Made by a program: the position numbers and the translations under genes | The notes under the pieces: model-generated | Database searches by the model: none | What the model saw: the letters and a program-made list of their open reading frames with translations, nothing else | What the model was told of the DNA's origin: nothing | Assembly: GCA_020348265.1 (NCBI GenBank) | Contig: CP070744.1 | Coordinates: forward strand, 4,993,559-5,057,558 | Length of the DNA stretch: 64,000 bases | Direction: 5' to 3' | DNA from: Phycisphaerales bacterium | GTDB lineage: Bacteria; Planctomycetota; Phycisphaerae; UBA1845 | Shown here: positions 25,849-35,434 of the stretch, piece by piece | Layout: every line of letters begins with the position of its first letter | How positions within the stretch are numbered: position 1 is the first letter of the stretch

Positions 25849-26850
25849 CTACTGTGCATCGCGTCTCCACGATTGACCGGTGAAACGACTCCAAAGAGCT
25901 GCGCAAACGCCCCCCAGCATACCCGCGCCACGCCAAAACGCGCGGAGGAAACTCATCGCAGCGAATGCCTTGTAACGGAGCTGACGCTTGCGTTTGAGCA
26001 GGCGCCAGGTCATCGGTATCTGCGCACATCCGAGCACCAAGATGCAGCCTACCGGGATCCACTGGGTTTCTTCAAAGGAGGCCAAGGCTAAAGTGGCCAG
26101 CGTGAGCAGTGCCACGGGTGGCTGAATGTGATCGGTGAACTTGCTGTACGAGTCGCCGCGGCTGTGTCCACGATGCGTGAGATGAAGCCAGACCCGCCAG
26201 TGACCCTGCTGCCGTTGCGTACGCAGATAGCTTCGCAGCGCTACAGGATGAAAGTGCTTCACTCGCGAGTTCAACTCGAAACCCAGCTCGTATCCAGCCT
26301 CGAGCACTCGCCAGGACAACTCCGCGTCCTGTCCCTTGAGGAACCGTTCGTCAAAACCGTTCAACTCCTGGAGGATCGATCGGCGATAGAGCACGTTGAA
26401 GGTTGCCAGAACGTCGACCCGGGAGGGCATGGACATGTGTCTTTCGACTATCTCCTCATGGATCAAACATGCCAGGAGGGAATCTGATGCCATGTTGCCG
26501 TAGCTGCCCCCAACGGCCCCTACCTTCCGGTCGTCAAGATGGGGCAGGAGTAGCGTTAGGGCATCCGGCTCAGCCACACAATCAGAGTCAATGAACCAGA
26601 CCAGGGGATTCCGTGCGCGCTGCCAGCCGATGTTGCGGGCGGCACCTGCCCCTTTGCCGGTGCCAACAACGTACTGCACATCGTATCTCTTGACTATTTC
26701 CGCGGTAGCATCGGTCGAACCATCATCGACGAAGATGATCTCTTTCAGCGGTGTTGCCCCCACCAGAGGCACAACTGCATCGAGGCATTCACCGATTGTG
26801 GACGCGCAGTCGCGTCCGGGTATCACAAGGCTGACAGTATCCTGGGTCAT
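25849..26850 (-). CDS. family 2 glycosyltransferase with C-terminal TM helices (polyprenyl-phosphate sugar synthase / DPM1-Ppm1-GtrB-like)
   Basis: MTQDTVSLVIPGRDC...IIFVDDGSTDAT...FIDSDC (GT2 DxD) with 2-3 C-terminal hydrophobic helices. The track ORF extends to 26973. Confidence 0.75.
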   Translation of the reverse strand: MTQDTVSLVIPGRDCASTIGECLDAVVPLVGATPLKEIIFVDDGSTDATAEIVKRYDVQYVVGTGKGAGAARNIGWQRARNPLVWFIDSDCVAEPDALTLLLPHLDDRKVGAVGGSYGNMASDSLLACLIHEEIVERHMSMPSRVDVLATFNVLYRRSILQELNGFDERFLKGQDAELSWRVLEAGYELGFELNSRVKHFHPVALRSYLRTQRQQGHWRVWLHLTHRGHSRGDSYSKFTDHIQPPVALLTLATLALASFEETQWIPVGCILVLGCAQIPMTWRLLKRKRQLRYKAFAAMSFLRAFWRGAGMLGGVCAALWSRFTGQSWRRDAQ

Positions 26851-27041
26851 TTCCGCAAAGTGTATGATGAGTCGGGCGATCTCCCAAATGCCGGGATTCG
26901 CGGACCGACAGAAGCCGGCGCGATCCGCATCAAATGCCGTCGAGTTCGTCGCCGCATACATGAAAGGGCGCACGTTTTATCAGACCCGCGGCTTCCGAAC
27001 GGTAGGATCTCCGGCGGGTGGGCTCAATGATGCTCGGTTGT

Positions 27042-29153
27042 TCAATTACTGTTGGGGGATCCTTGCCGGACCAACCGGGCCTGGACCGCCTCAAGGGCAC
27101 GTTGCGCATCTGCGCTGTCTGGTTGGAGTTGCAGAACGATCTGGAATTCCTGGGCTGCTTCCCTGAACCGGCCCAGACCTTCCAGGGCTGCACCGAGGTT
27201 GAAGTGCGCACCGACGTTCCGCGGGTCAAGCCGAAGTGCCTGTCTCAGGGCGTCGGCAGCGGCTTCGAGCCGGCCTCGCCTGAGCAGTACGCCGCCCAGG
27301 GTCGCGTGGCCCGGGGCGTAGCTGGGATGAAACCGGAGCAGGGTTCGCAGTTGGCCGGCCGCGTCATCGAAAGCACCTTGACGCGCCAGCGTGACCGCAA
27401 GGTTGTACCGGCCTTCAAGGGAAGTCCGCTCTGTCCGGAGCGCCTCGCGATAGGCTGCGACAGCCTCGCTGGTTCGGCCAACCCTGCCCAGCACATTGCC
27501 CAGGTTAACCTGTGCATTGGTGTAACCGGGATCGATTTTCACGGCAGCCTGGTACTCACGGATGGCTTCATCGAACATGCCGTTCTCGTAGAACGTGTTG
27601 CCCAGGTCGAAGCGTGCGTCCGCGAAGCCCGCGTCGATTTCGATGGCTCTTAGGAACGCCTGGATTGCCTCATCGATCCGGCCGTTCCTTTTCAGGGCTT
27701 TGGCCAGACGGTAGTGCCCGCTCGCAAAGGTCGGATCGAGCGTTACCGACCGGCGACATGATTCGATGGCTTTCGCAACTTGGCCATCATCCAACAGGGC
27801 GACGCCCAGGTTGCAGTGCCCCCGCGCGTGGTCAGGCCTCTTCGCAACGACATCACTCCACATGCTCAAACGACTGTGATAGACCTTGTTCCGTTGTGCT
27901 GTCGCATAGCCCAGCCCGGCTGTTACAACGACCATCAAGCCCGCTGCTGTCCAGTACCTAGCTCGAGGTGTCGAGCCCAAGCGGGTCAGAAGGGCTCTTA
28001 GAATGTGGTGCCCGGCGAACACCACGAGTATGACCACCGCGGCGAGGGGCAAGTACATGCGATGCTCAAAGGCTGGATCCTTGATCGGTACGATGCTGGA
28101 AGTGGGCGCCAGAATGACGAAGAACCACGCCCCCAAGAAACCCAGCCAAGGCTTTCTATGTACACACCAGAGAGTACCTGCGAACAGTGCGCCGACCGCG
28201 AGCAAGGAGGGTATGATGGCAGCAAGCTCCTTCGCTACCGGCCACCCGTAATCCAGGCAGAGTCCGCTTGGCCAGAGTGCGAGTCTCAGGTAATGGAGTA
28301 CCACGCCTGGCTGAGTGAGAGCATACTCCAAGGGCGTAATCCCCTTGAAGCCGAAACCTACGTTGTCCGCACTCGAGGTCGAGTCCAAGACTCCGTGCAG
28401 GATTCCCAAAGGTATCAGCAGAAGCCATGTGGCTGCCAGGCCGGTGTAGAGAGGCCAGCGTTCTCGCAAGGCAACACGCACCGACGGAGCGACAATAAGT
28501 ACGTCAAACAGAACCGCAAGGAACGGAGCGGTTACCATGACCTCCTTGGATCCCATACCCAAGGCGCACGAAGCGATGGCGGCTATATACCACAATGTCC
28601 GCACGTGCGAATCGGACGCGCGAATCGTGCAGTAGAGTGTCAGCAGATAGAACAGGCCCATCAGCGATTCGCCGCGCTGAATGATATACGTGACGCTCTG
28701 AGTCTGCAGAGGGTGCACGGTCCAGATCAATGCCACACACGAGGCGATCCAGGGCGCGGAATCCCTGAAACGCCTTGCATACTTGGGCACGACGAGCGCT
28801 CGCCGTACGATTCCATAGAGCGTCAAACCCGCAAGGAGATGAACGACGAGGTTGAGCAGGTGATAGCTCCAGATATCCAGACCGCTGATGGCATGGTTGA
28901 GCGCCAAGGTGAATGTCACCACCGGACGTCGCCCGGGCAGCATTCTTGACAAGGGCCACATTCCGTGGATCTGGTCGTTGTTGACTATGCGGCCTATCTC
29001 ATCGAACATGAACGTCCCGTTGAAGCTCGTCGAGTACGCGCCGATACCGACTACGACCACAACCAGCGCGAGCAAGAGCGTACGAACGCGACGGTTCGGA
29101 CCGGTGCATCTGTCTTCAACAGTTGGCGTTTTCGGCTGCTTCATCGGGAGCAT
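27042..29153 (-). CDS. TMTC/PMT-like polytopic membrane protein (DUF1736-type) with C-terminal TPR repeat array
   Basis: N-terminal ~11 TM helices with SYHLLNLVVHLLAGL and VTAPFLAVLFD motifs. The C-terminal half holds ~9 TPR units (AIESCRRSVTLDPTFASGHYRLAKAL...). Confidence 0.8.
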   Translation of the reverse strand: MLPMKQPKTPTVEDRCTGPNRRVRTLLLALVVVVVGIGAYSTSFNGTFMFDEIGRIVNNDQIHGMWPLSRMLPGRRPVVTFTLALNHAISGLDIWSYHLLNLVVHLLAGLTLYGIVRRALVVPKYARRFRDSAPWIASCVALIWTVHPLQTQSVTYIIQRGESLMGLFYLLTLYCTIRASDSHVRTLWYIAAIASCALGMGSKEVMVTAPFLAVLFDVLIVAPSVRVALRERWPLYTGLAATWLLLIPLGILHGVLDSTSSADNVGFGFKGITPLEYALTQPGVVLHYLRLALWPSGLCLDYGWPVAKELAAIIPSLLAVGALFAGTLWCVHRKPWLGFLGAWFFVILAPTSSIVPIKDPAFEHRMYLPLAAVVILVVFAGHHILRALLTRLGSTPRARYWTAAGLMVVVTAGLGYATAQRNKVYHSRLSMWSDVVAKRPDHARGHCNLGVALLDDGQVAKAIESCRRSVTLDPTFASGHYRLAKALKRNGRIDEAIQAFLRAIEIDAGFADARFDLGNTFYENGMFDEAIREYQAAVKIDPGYTNAQVNLGNVLGRVGRTSEAVAAYREALRTERTSLEGRYNLAVTLARQGAFDDAAGQLRTLLRFHPSYAPGHATLGGVLLRRGRLEAAADALRQALRLDPRNVGAHFNLGAALEGLGRFREAAQEFQIVLQLQPDSADAQRALEAVQARLVRQGSPNSN

Positions 29154-29605
29154 TTGCCTCGGCAGTGTTTGTTCGACACCACCCGGATAGTAATCTCAAC
29201 AGGCTGGCAAGTGGAGCATCCCTAATGCTCCGAGCTTGCCTCAAATCGCTCATAACATCAAGAGTTCGCCGCCACGCGGATGGCAAGACGCCTTTGCGGT
29301 CTGCTCTGACATGGCCGGCGGGTTGACTGTCCGTCGAGGACCCTGCGACAAGGCCTGTTACACACGAGGTCTTTCAGTATCTCGGTAACACAGATAAGTA
29401 CACGCATCTAGGATCCGGGCGCTTGTCCAGCGGAGGCATCGGGTAGGACAGTGACATTGCGGTACCTGGCGTGGCGTCCTTCTCCTTTGGCGCAACGCAC
29501 GGTAATGTCAGATCACTCTCCGATCACCTGCTCTCGGTCAAATGTTGTAACGGCACAAATGCACAGCCCGGCGATCCATAGCTGAAGAGTAACGTTCAGC
29601 CTAGA

Positions 29606-30355
29606 ATGACGTTCATGTGTCTGACGCTGGAAGTGGCAAACCTGGGTAAGACGTACGATGCCGGTGGCGAGCCGGTGCGGGCTTTGGCAGGAGTCTCACT
29701 TCGTATTCAGCAGGGCGAGTTCGTCGCCATAATGGGTGCCAGCGGCTCGGGCAAGAGCACTCTGCTGCATCTCGTTGCCGGACTCGATAAGCCGACGACG
29801 GGTTCAGTAGTAGTTGAGGATCAGGATATAAGCCGAATGAGCGATCGTCAGCGCACGCTGTTCAGGCGTCGTCGGCTGGGCGTGGTGTTTCAAGCCTACA
29901 ACCTGTTGCCCACCCTGACTGCATTGGAGAACGTCACGCTGCCCGCTTTGATCGATGGCACGGATGGATCCCTCGCGGACAAGAAGGGCCGCCAACTCCT
30001 TCGCCTGGTGAACCTGGAGCATCGCGCCGGCCATCGACCCGATGCCCTCTCCGGCGGTGAGCAGCAACGTGTCGCGATCGCACGGGCTCTTATGAATGAT
30101 CCCGCGGTAGTCCTTGCGGATGAGCCGACCGGCAACTTGGACACTCAACACGCCGAATCGCTCTGGGAACTACTAATCCGGCTGAGGCGCGATGAGAGCC
30201 GGACCATCATTGCCGTTACGCACGAGCCTACAGGAGCGACCTATGCCGATCGTGTAGTGATGCTCAAGGATGGGCTGATCGTCGGCGAGATTGAACCGGG
30301 CGGAGAAGGACATGCGTCGTTTGTGGCAGCTCGCTATACGGAATTGGTCGGCTAG
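29606..30355 (+). CDS. ABC transporter ATP-binding protein (LolD/MacB-ATPase-like)
   Basis: Walker [10 protein letters not shown], signature [15 protein letters not shown], Walker [13 protein letters not shown]. Confidence 0.85.
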   Translation: MTFMCLTLEVANLGKTYDAGGEPVRALAGVSLRIQQGEFVAIMGASGSGKSTLLHLVAGLDKPTTGSVVVEDQDISRMSDRQRTLFRRRRLGVVFQAYNLLPTLTALENVTLPALIDGTDGSLADKKGRQLLRLVNLEHRAGHRPDALSGGEQQRVAIARALMNDPAVVLADEPTGNLDTQHAESLWELLIRLRRDESRTIIAVTHEPTGATYADRVVMLKDGLIVGEIEPGGEGHASFVAARYTELVG

Positions 30356-33233
30356 TCCGGGCCGCACCAGCGCCTCGGTCATTTCGGTGGCACTCGGTGT
30401 CTTTATTGTCGTCGCCATCACCAGCTTCTACGAGACTGCCCGCCGTGCGGTAGTCGACGAAGTCGTAGATCGCTGGCTGGGGCGCGCCCACCTCAGCATC
30501 CACCCGCCTGGCGCCCATTGGGGTAGCTTGCAGGCATCGTTTGCTGACAGGGTGGCGAAGGTTGAGAACGTTCGTCATGTGACAACGCGATTGAGACGCC
30601 ACGCCCGGATCATCTGCCCCGAGCAATCCGACAATCTAACCCCCACACGCTGGCTGCCCGTTGACGCGATAGGCGTTGACCCTAAGACCCAACATTGCTT
30701 TTACTCTATCCCGAACCTTGAAGGCCGCAGCATTGAACCCGATGAGCGGGGTGTGGCCGTTATCGACAAGCAAGCCGCGCAATTCAACGACACGAAGCTG
30801 GGAAGCTCGATCGTTCTTACGTCTCACTCCGGCGGGCCGCAGGTCAAACTCGAGGTGGTAGGGATCTTCACCAACGAGTTTTCCACAGGCTTCAAACCCC
30901 CGGGAGTCTACGTAGCACTCGCGGATATGTGGGAACTGACCGACGAGCCCGGAACCGCATCCGCGATTGATATTGTCCTCCACGATCCATCCGTCGAGGC
31001 AATCGCGGCTGCTCAGAGCGCCGTCGAACAGCTCATCGCCGAGACCGACCAACCGCATCGGTATCGCGTGGAATCGTCGGCTGCTACTCAGAAATTGCTG
31101 GACGAGGCGGATCGAATCACCCGTTTTCTCCTGGTCTTGGCCGCGGTTGTGGCCCTTCTCACATCATTCTTCATCATCCTGACAACGATGAGCACCAGCC
31201 TGGTTAAGCGACATGCCCAGCTTGGGATCATGCGCTGCGTGGGTCTCACACGAACGCAGCTTGCAGTTTTGCTTTTTCTGGAATTGGCGCCGCTGGGACT
31301 GCTTGGAACCGTACTTGGACTCGTGCTCGGCGCAGCCGGTGCGTTGACAGCTCCTCAATGGGTCGGTCACTCGGGGCAAGCTTATCTGAGTTTCTGGGGC
31401 CTGGTTTTGGCGGTCGCAAGTGGGTTCATCACCACGCTGATAACAACCTCGGCCCTTGTGGTGCACGTTTGCCGCATCTCCCCTCTGGCTGCTCTGCGAA
31501 GCGATGCGACCCCTCCGCGTCGAATCTACGCGTTAATAGCGGGCGCCATAGCAGTGCCACTGCTGGTTGTACATGAGTTGATCGTTGGCGCACCGGATCA
31601 GAGTAAGTGGCTTGACTCGCTCTTTACCAGCGTTGGTGTGAGTTCTTTGTACATAGGCTACATTCTCCTCGTCCCGGCTGTTGTAGTTTTGGCTGGGCCG
31701 CCGATTGCCTGGATTGTCGCCCCACTGTTTCGCCTGCACGGGAAGCTGGCGGATGAGCAATTCGTGCGCAGCCCATGGCGCGCCACGGGCGTATGTTGGG
31801 TGCTGATGGTCGGATTGTCGCTGATCGTCTACTTCGGCATCGGCTCCGAGGCCATCTATGCCGTCTGGGACTTCCCCGGCAGACTTCCCGAGGCGTTCGT
31901 CTGGTCGCGTGATTACGTACCCGCGGACGCAATTCAGCGCGTGCGGGAGCTGCCGGGTGTAGCCGAGACAACGACGCTCGTCGATGTCGACTGCGAGATC
32001 GTCACCCCGGACGTCGAACCGCGGTCAGCCACGGATTCCATTCTCCAAAGGTTCTTCAATGCGCTGACCAGATCCGTGTTCGTCGCCGCCGATCCGCAAG
32101 AGCTGCTTTCCATGACGAAGGTTTCCTTCATCGAAGGGTCGCGGGAAGATGTGGTGAATAAACTCCAGAGCGGCGGGTATGCCCTGATTCCCGTGCAGAC
32201 TTCGCGCAACAAAGATCTGCATGTGGGCGATCGCGTAACCATCGAAGCCAACGGCCGCTCTGCAGACTTTGAGATTGCCGGAGTATTGCAGTCGCCCGCT
32301 CTCGATCTGGCGGTCACCGCGTTCCAGGCCAGCAGTTACATGCAGCTGGCTGCGGCAAGTGTCGTCGTTGGGACACACAACGATCTGCGAGACAAGTTCG
32401 ATCTTGACGTGGTTTCGTTCCTGCTCTGCAACCTGGATATACCCGACGTTACACCTCCACCCGGCTTCAATCTCGATACGCTGCCGGACGTAGCCGACGA
32501 ACGGGCGGTCGCCCGCGCCGTGTTGGATTGGCAGGAGCACCTGCCTCTTGAAAGCGGGCTGCTTGCCGATATCGGTCCGGAGTTGGAGTCGTGGCTTGCG
32601 CTCAGCGATGATGTGCCCGCCTCGCCCGAGAGTAAGGGGACACTCCGTCGCTTCGCCCGGGCGATCTGGTCCGTCACCTGGCGGCGTAACCGGCTCTCGC
32701 CTCAGCAAGGTTGGGACCTGCTCCGCGAGCGCTTGTTGCTGATGAAGATCGCCGGCACCCTCGATCGACCGGAAGCGATAACCGGCTCACTTCGGCGACT
32801 CAAGCAGATGGTCGACCGAAGCTTGCGTTCCGCGTTCGGAGTATTGACATGGCTTCCGGCGATGGCGTTTGCCGTCGCGGCGATCGGGATAGGAAACTTG
32901 ATGATGGTGAGCATACAAACGCGCGCCCGGCAGATAGCAGTGTTGCGGGCGGTCGGTGCCCTCAAATCGCAGATCGTCAGAATGGTGCTTGTCGAGTCGG
33001 TCGCACTGGGACTTCTGGGCAGCGTCATGGGTGTAGCGTTGGGAATACACGAAGCCTATTCGGATAATCGTGTCAGCGGCGCGCTTATCGGTTTCTTCCC
33101 CGAGTTCATAATCCCCATCGGGACGGTTTCATTTGGGATTGCCCTTACCGTGGCCACCTGTCTTATTGCGGGCATCCTTCCGGCTTACCGCGCCTCACGC
33201 AGTAACATCGTCGCAGCGATGCAGAGTGTCTGA
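30312..33233 (+). CDS. large FtsX-family ABC permease with two FtsX domains
   Basis: ~970 aa with two clusters of 4 TM helices separated by large periplasmic domains. It overlaps the ATPase gene end. Confidence 0.8.
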   Translation: MRRLWQLAIRNWSASPGRTSASVISVALGVFIVVAITSFYETARRAVVDEVVDRWLGRAHLSIHPPGAHWGSLQASFADRVAKVENVRHVTTRLRRHARIICPEQSDNLTPTRWLPVDAIGVDPKTQHCFYSIPNLEGRSIEPDERGVAVIDKQAAQFNDTKLGSSIVLTSHSGGPQVKLEVVGIFTNEFSTGFKPPGVYVALADMWELTDEPGTASAIDIVLHDPSVEAIAAAQSAVEQLIAETDQPHRYRVESSAATQKLLDEADRITRFLLVLAAVVALLTSFFIILTTMSTSLVKRHAQLGIMRCVGLTRTQLAVLLFLELAPLGLLGTVLGLVLGAAGALTAPQWVGHSGQAYLSFWGLVLAVASGFITTLITTSALVVHVCRISPLAALRSDATPPRRIYALIAGAIAVPLLVVHELIVGAPDQSKWLDSLFTSVGVSSLYIGYILLVPAVVVLAGPPIAWIVAPLFRLHGKLADEQFVRSPWRATGVCWVLMVGLSLIVYFGIGSEAIYAVWDFPGRLPEAFVWSRDYVPADAIQRVRELPGVAETTTLVDVDCEIVTPDVEPRSATDSILQRFFNALTRSVFVAADPQELLSMTKVSFIEGSREDVVNKLQSGGYALIPVQTSRNKDLHVGDRVTIEANGRSADFEIAGVLQSPALDLAVTAFQASSYMQLAAASVVVGTHNDLRDKFDLDVVSFLLCNLDIPDVTPPPGFNLDTLPDVADERAVARAVLDWQEHLPLESGLLADIGPELESWLALSDDVPASPESKGTLRRFARAIWSVTWRRNRLSPQQGWDLLRERLLLMKIAGTLDRPEAITGSLRRLKQMVDRSLRSAFGVLTWLPAMAFAVAAIGIGNLMMVSIQTRARQIAVLRAVGALKSQIVRMVLVESVALGLLGSVMGVALGIHEAYSDNRVSGALIGFFPEFIIPIGTVSFGIALTVATCLIAGILPAYRASRSNIVAAMQSV

Positions 33234-33537
33234 CCTGAAGTGGACACGGAGGATTCCCGGACGAGGGGCTCCGGGATGTCTCGAAACCGGCAAGCCTGGC
33301 CAATAATCCGCTTGCCGCTGTATGATCTCGGGATATTGGACTTCGCCATCGGTCTGCGGTACATGAGGTGGACTGGAGACGCCGTCACTCGAATCCCGCG
33401 GAGTATGGGACTGCGCTTCGCTTTTGTGACGGCTGAGGCCCAAGGTCCTATTCGAGAGGATAATTGCGGAGGATGTTGAGTCCTTCGGCGGACTTCTTCG
33501 ATCTGACGGGCTAGGATAAGCCGGGGAGGGGGAATCT

Positions 33538-35058
33538 ATGTTCAGATTATATGTATGTGCGATTGTCCTGTTTGGCGTTGCCACGAGCGCCGCGCAGGCA
33601 CAGACAGTATTCTATGTCGATGCCGATGCCACCAGCCCGTCGTACGACGGAGCAAGTTGGTGCACGGCTTTCAAGTACCTCCAGGATGCCCTGGCTGTGG
33701 CGACCGCCTCTGACGAGATTCGGATGGCGGACGGGGTCTACCTGGCGGATAAGTCGACGTGCGTCATAGATGACGATTGCGGCGACGCTTCGGACACCTG
33801 TGTGGCAGGACTCTGTCAGTGGCAGTCTCCGAGAGAGCAGAGTTTCGATCTCATCGACGGCGTAGCCATCCGCGGAGGGTATGCCGGATGCGGCGCGCCG
33901 GATCCCGATGAGCGCGATTTGAAACTACATGAGACAATCCTCAGCGGCGACCTTAACGGTGACGACCATTTGAGGGGTGACAACAGCGAGAATACCTATC
34001 GCATAATCAACGCCCAGGATCTTGGCGATACCACGGTTCTAGACGGGCTGACCGTCACCGGCGCAAACGCGAATGGGTTCCTGCCGGCTAACCTCGGGGG
34101 GGGAATGCTCAATGACGCCTCCAGTCCGGTCATAACCAACTGCGCGTTCATCGACAATACCGCGGTTTTTGCCGGTGGGGCGCTTTACAACAGGAAAGGA
34201 AGCAATCCTGAGATTACCGGATGCCGTTTCCTCAATAACTTGGCGCCTTTCGGCGCTGCCATACGCAACTATGCCAGCGCTCCGGTTGTGACCGACTGCA
34301 CTTTCACGGGGAATTCCGCGGAGAATCGCGGTGCGGGAGTATACAACACGGATTCCTCCGACACCCACCTGATCAACTGTTTCTTTAGCGAGAACGAGGC
34401 CTTCGATGGGGCAGCCGTATACAACGAGTTAAGCAGTTTGACGTTGAGCAACTGTACGATAACCGACAACCATGCAGCCTTTGTCGGCGGTGTGCTCAGC
34501 TACAACGCCTCCCCGACGATAGAGAACTGTATTCTCTGGGGCAATAGCGACAAGACGGGCACCGGTGAGGCGGCTCAGGTCAAAGTCGACGTCGGTACGC
34601 TTACAATCGGCCACTCTTGCGTTCAGGGGTGGACCGGAACTCTCGGCGGCGCGGGCAACCACGGAGACGATCCACTTTTCGTTCCCGGCCCGCTGGGGTG
34701 CTATTACCTGAGTCAGACAGTCGCGGGCCAGCTTGATGATAGCCCGTGCGTGGACGCCGGAAGTGACGATGCCGCAACGTTGGGGTTTGATACCGTTACA
34801 ACACGGGGCGATGAAGCCGTCGACACGGGCACCGTGGATATGGGCTATCATTACGCTGTTACCGGTGATCCGTTGAATCTCGGCGACTTCGACAGCAGCG
34901 GCACCGTCAACCTGTTCGACTTTGCCCAGCTCCAGCTATGCTTCACCGGGGAGGATGCACCCAATGATAATCCCTGTGTCCGCAAGTTCGACTTCGACTG
35001 CGATGCCGATGTCGACCTTGAGGACTACGCTGCCTTTCAAGCCTATTTCCAGGATTAG
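33538..35058 (+). CDS. secreted right-handed parallel beta-helix (PbH1) repeat protein with C-terminal dockerin-like Ca-loop module
   Basis: Signal peptide; repeated ...N.AxxGGA.YN... beta-helix rungs. C-terminus GDFDSSGTVNLFDFAQLQLCFTG...FDFDCDADVDLEDYAAFQAYF. Confidence 0.75.
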   Translation: MFRLYVCAIVLFGVATSAAQAQTVFYVDADATSPSYDGASWCTAFKYLQDALAVATASDEIRMADGVYLADKSTCVIDDDCGDASDTCVAGLCQWQSPREQSFDLIDGVAIRGGYAGCGAPDPDERDLKLHETILSGDLNGDDHLRGDNSENTYRIINAQDLGDTTVLDGLTVTGANANGFLPANLGGGMLNDASSPVITNCAFIDNTAVFAGGALYNRKGSNPEITGCRFLNNLAPFGAAIRNYASAPVVTDCTFTGNSAENRGAGVYNTDSSDTHLINCFFSENEAFDGAAVYNELSSLTLSNCTITDNHAAFVGGVLSYNASPTIENCILWGNSDKTGTGEAAQVKVDVGTLTIGHSCVQGWTGTLGGAGNHGDDPLFVPGPLGCYYLSQTVAGQLDDSPCVDAGSDDAATLGFDTVTTRGDEAVDTGTVDMGYHYAVTGDPLNLGDFDSSGTVNLFDFAQLQLCFTGEDAPNDNPCVRKFDFDCDADVDLEDYAAFQAYFQD

Positions 35059-35178
35059 AGCGTCTTCGTCTGTTGTGTAGCGGGTCAGGAGTTGGGTGCC
35101 ATACCCAAGCGAAGCGCCGGCATGCAGTAGGCCAGCTACAAAACATCCGAACCTGCCATAGGGTATTCTCGTCTGTCG

Positions 35179-35245
35179 TGTAGTGTCACTCTTTGTGGGT
35201 GACGAGGGAATCGCAAGGACGCCGCCCACAAGGGACGGCGCTACA
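35179..35245. repeat. palindromic repeat element, copy C (diverged)
   Basis: TGTAGTGTCACTCTTTGTGGGTGACG (35179-35204)...GCCGCCCACAAGGGACGGCGCTACA (35221-35245). It lies between the convergent beta-helix and flotillin genes. Confidence 0.5.
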
Positions 35246-35434
35246 ATCGCTACACGGAATCCGAGTCTGCTCCAGTACTATGTCTCGCGACTCCAGCGGC
35301 TGTCGATGAGAGATCAGCCGCAGGCCTTAACCTACGCGGATGTCCGTGTGGGCTCAAGCCTGCGGCTAACGTCGTCGTAGAACTTGTGAAACACGGTGCT
35401 CGTCACATGGTACATTCGTCCGTGATTCTTCGTA

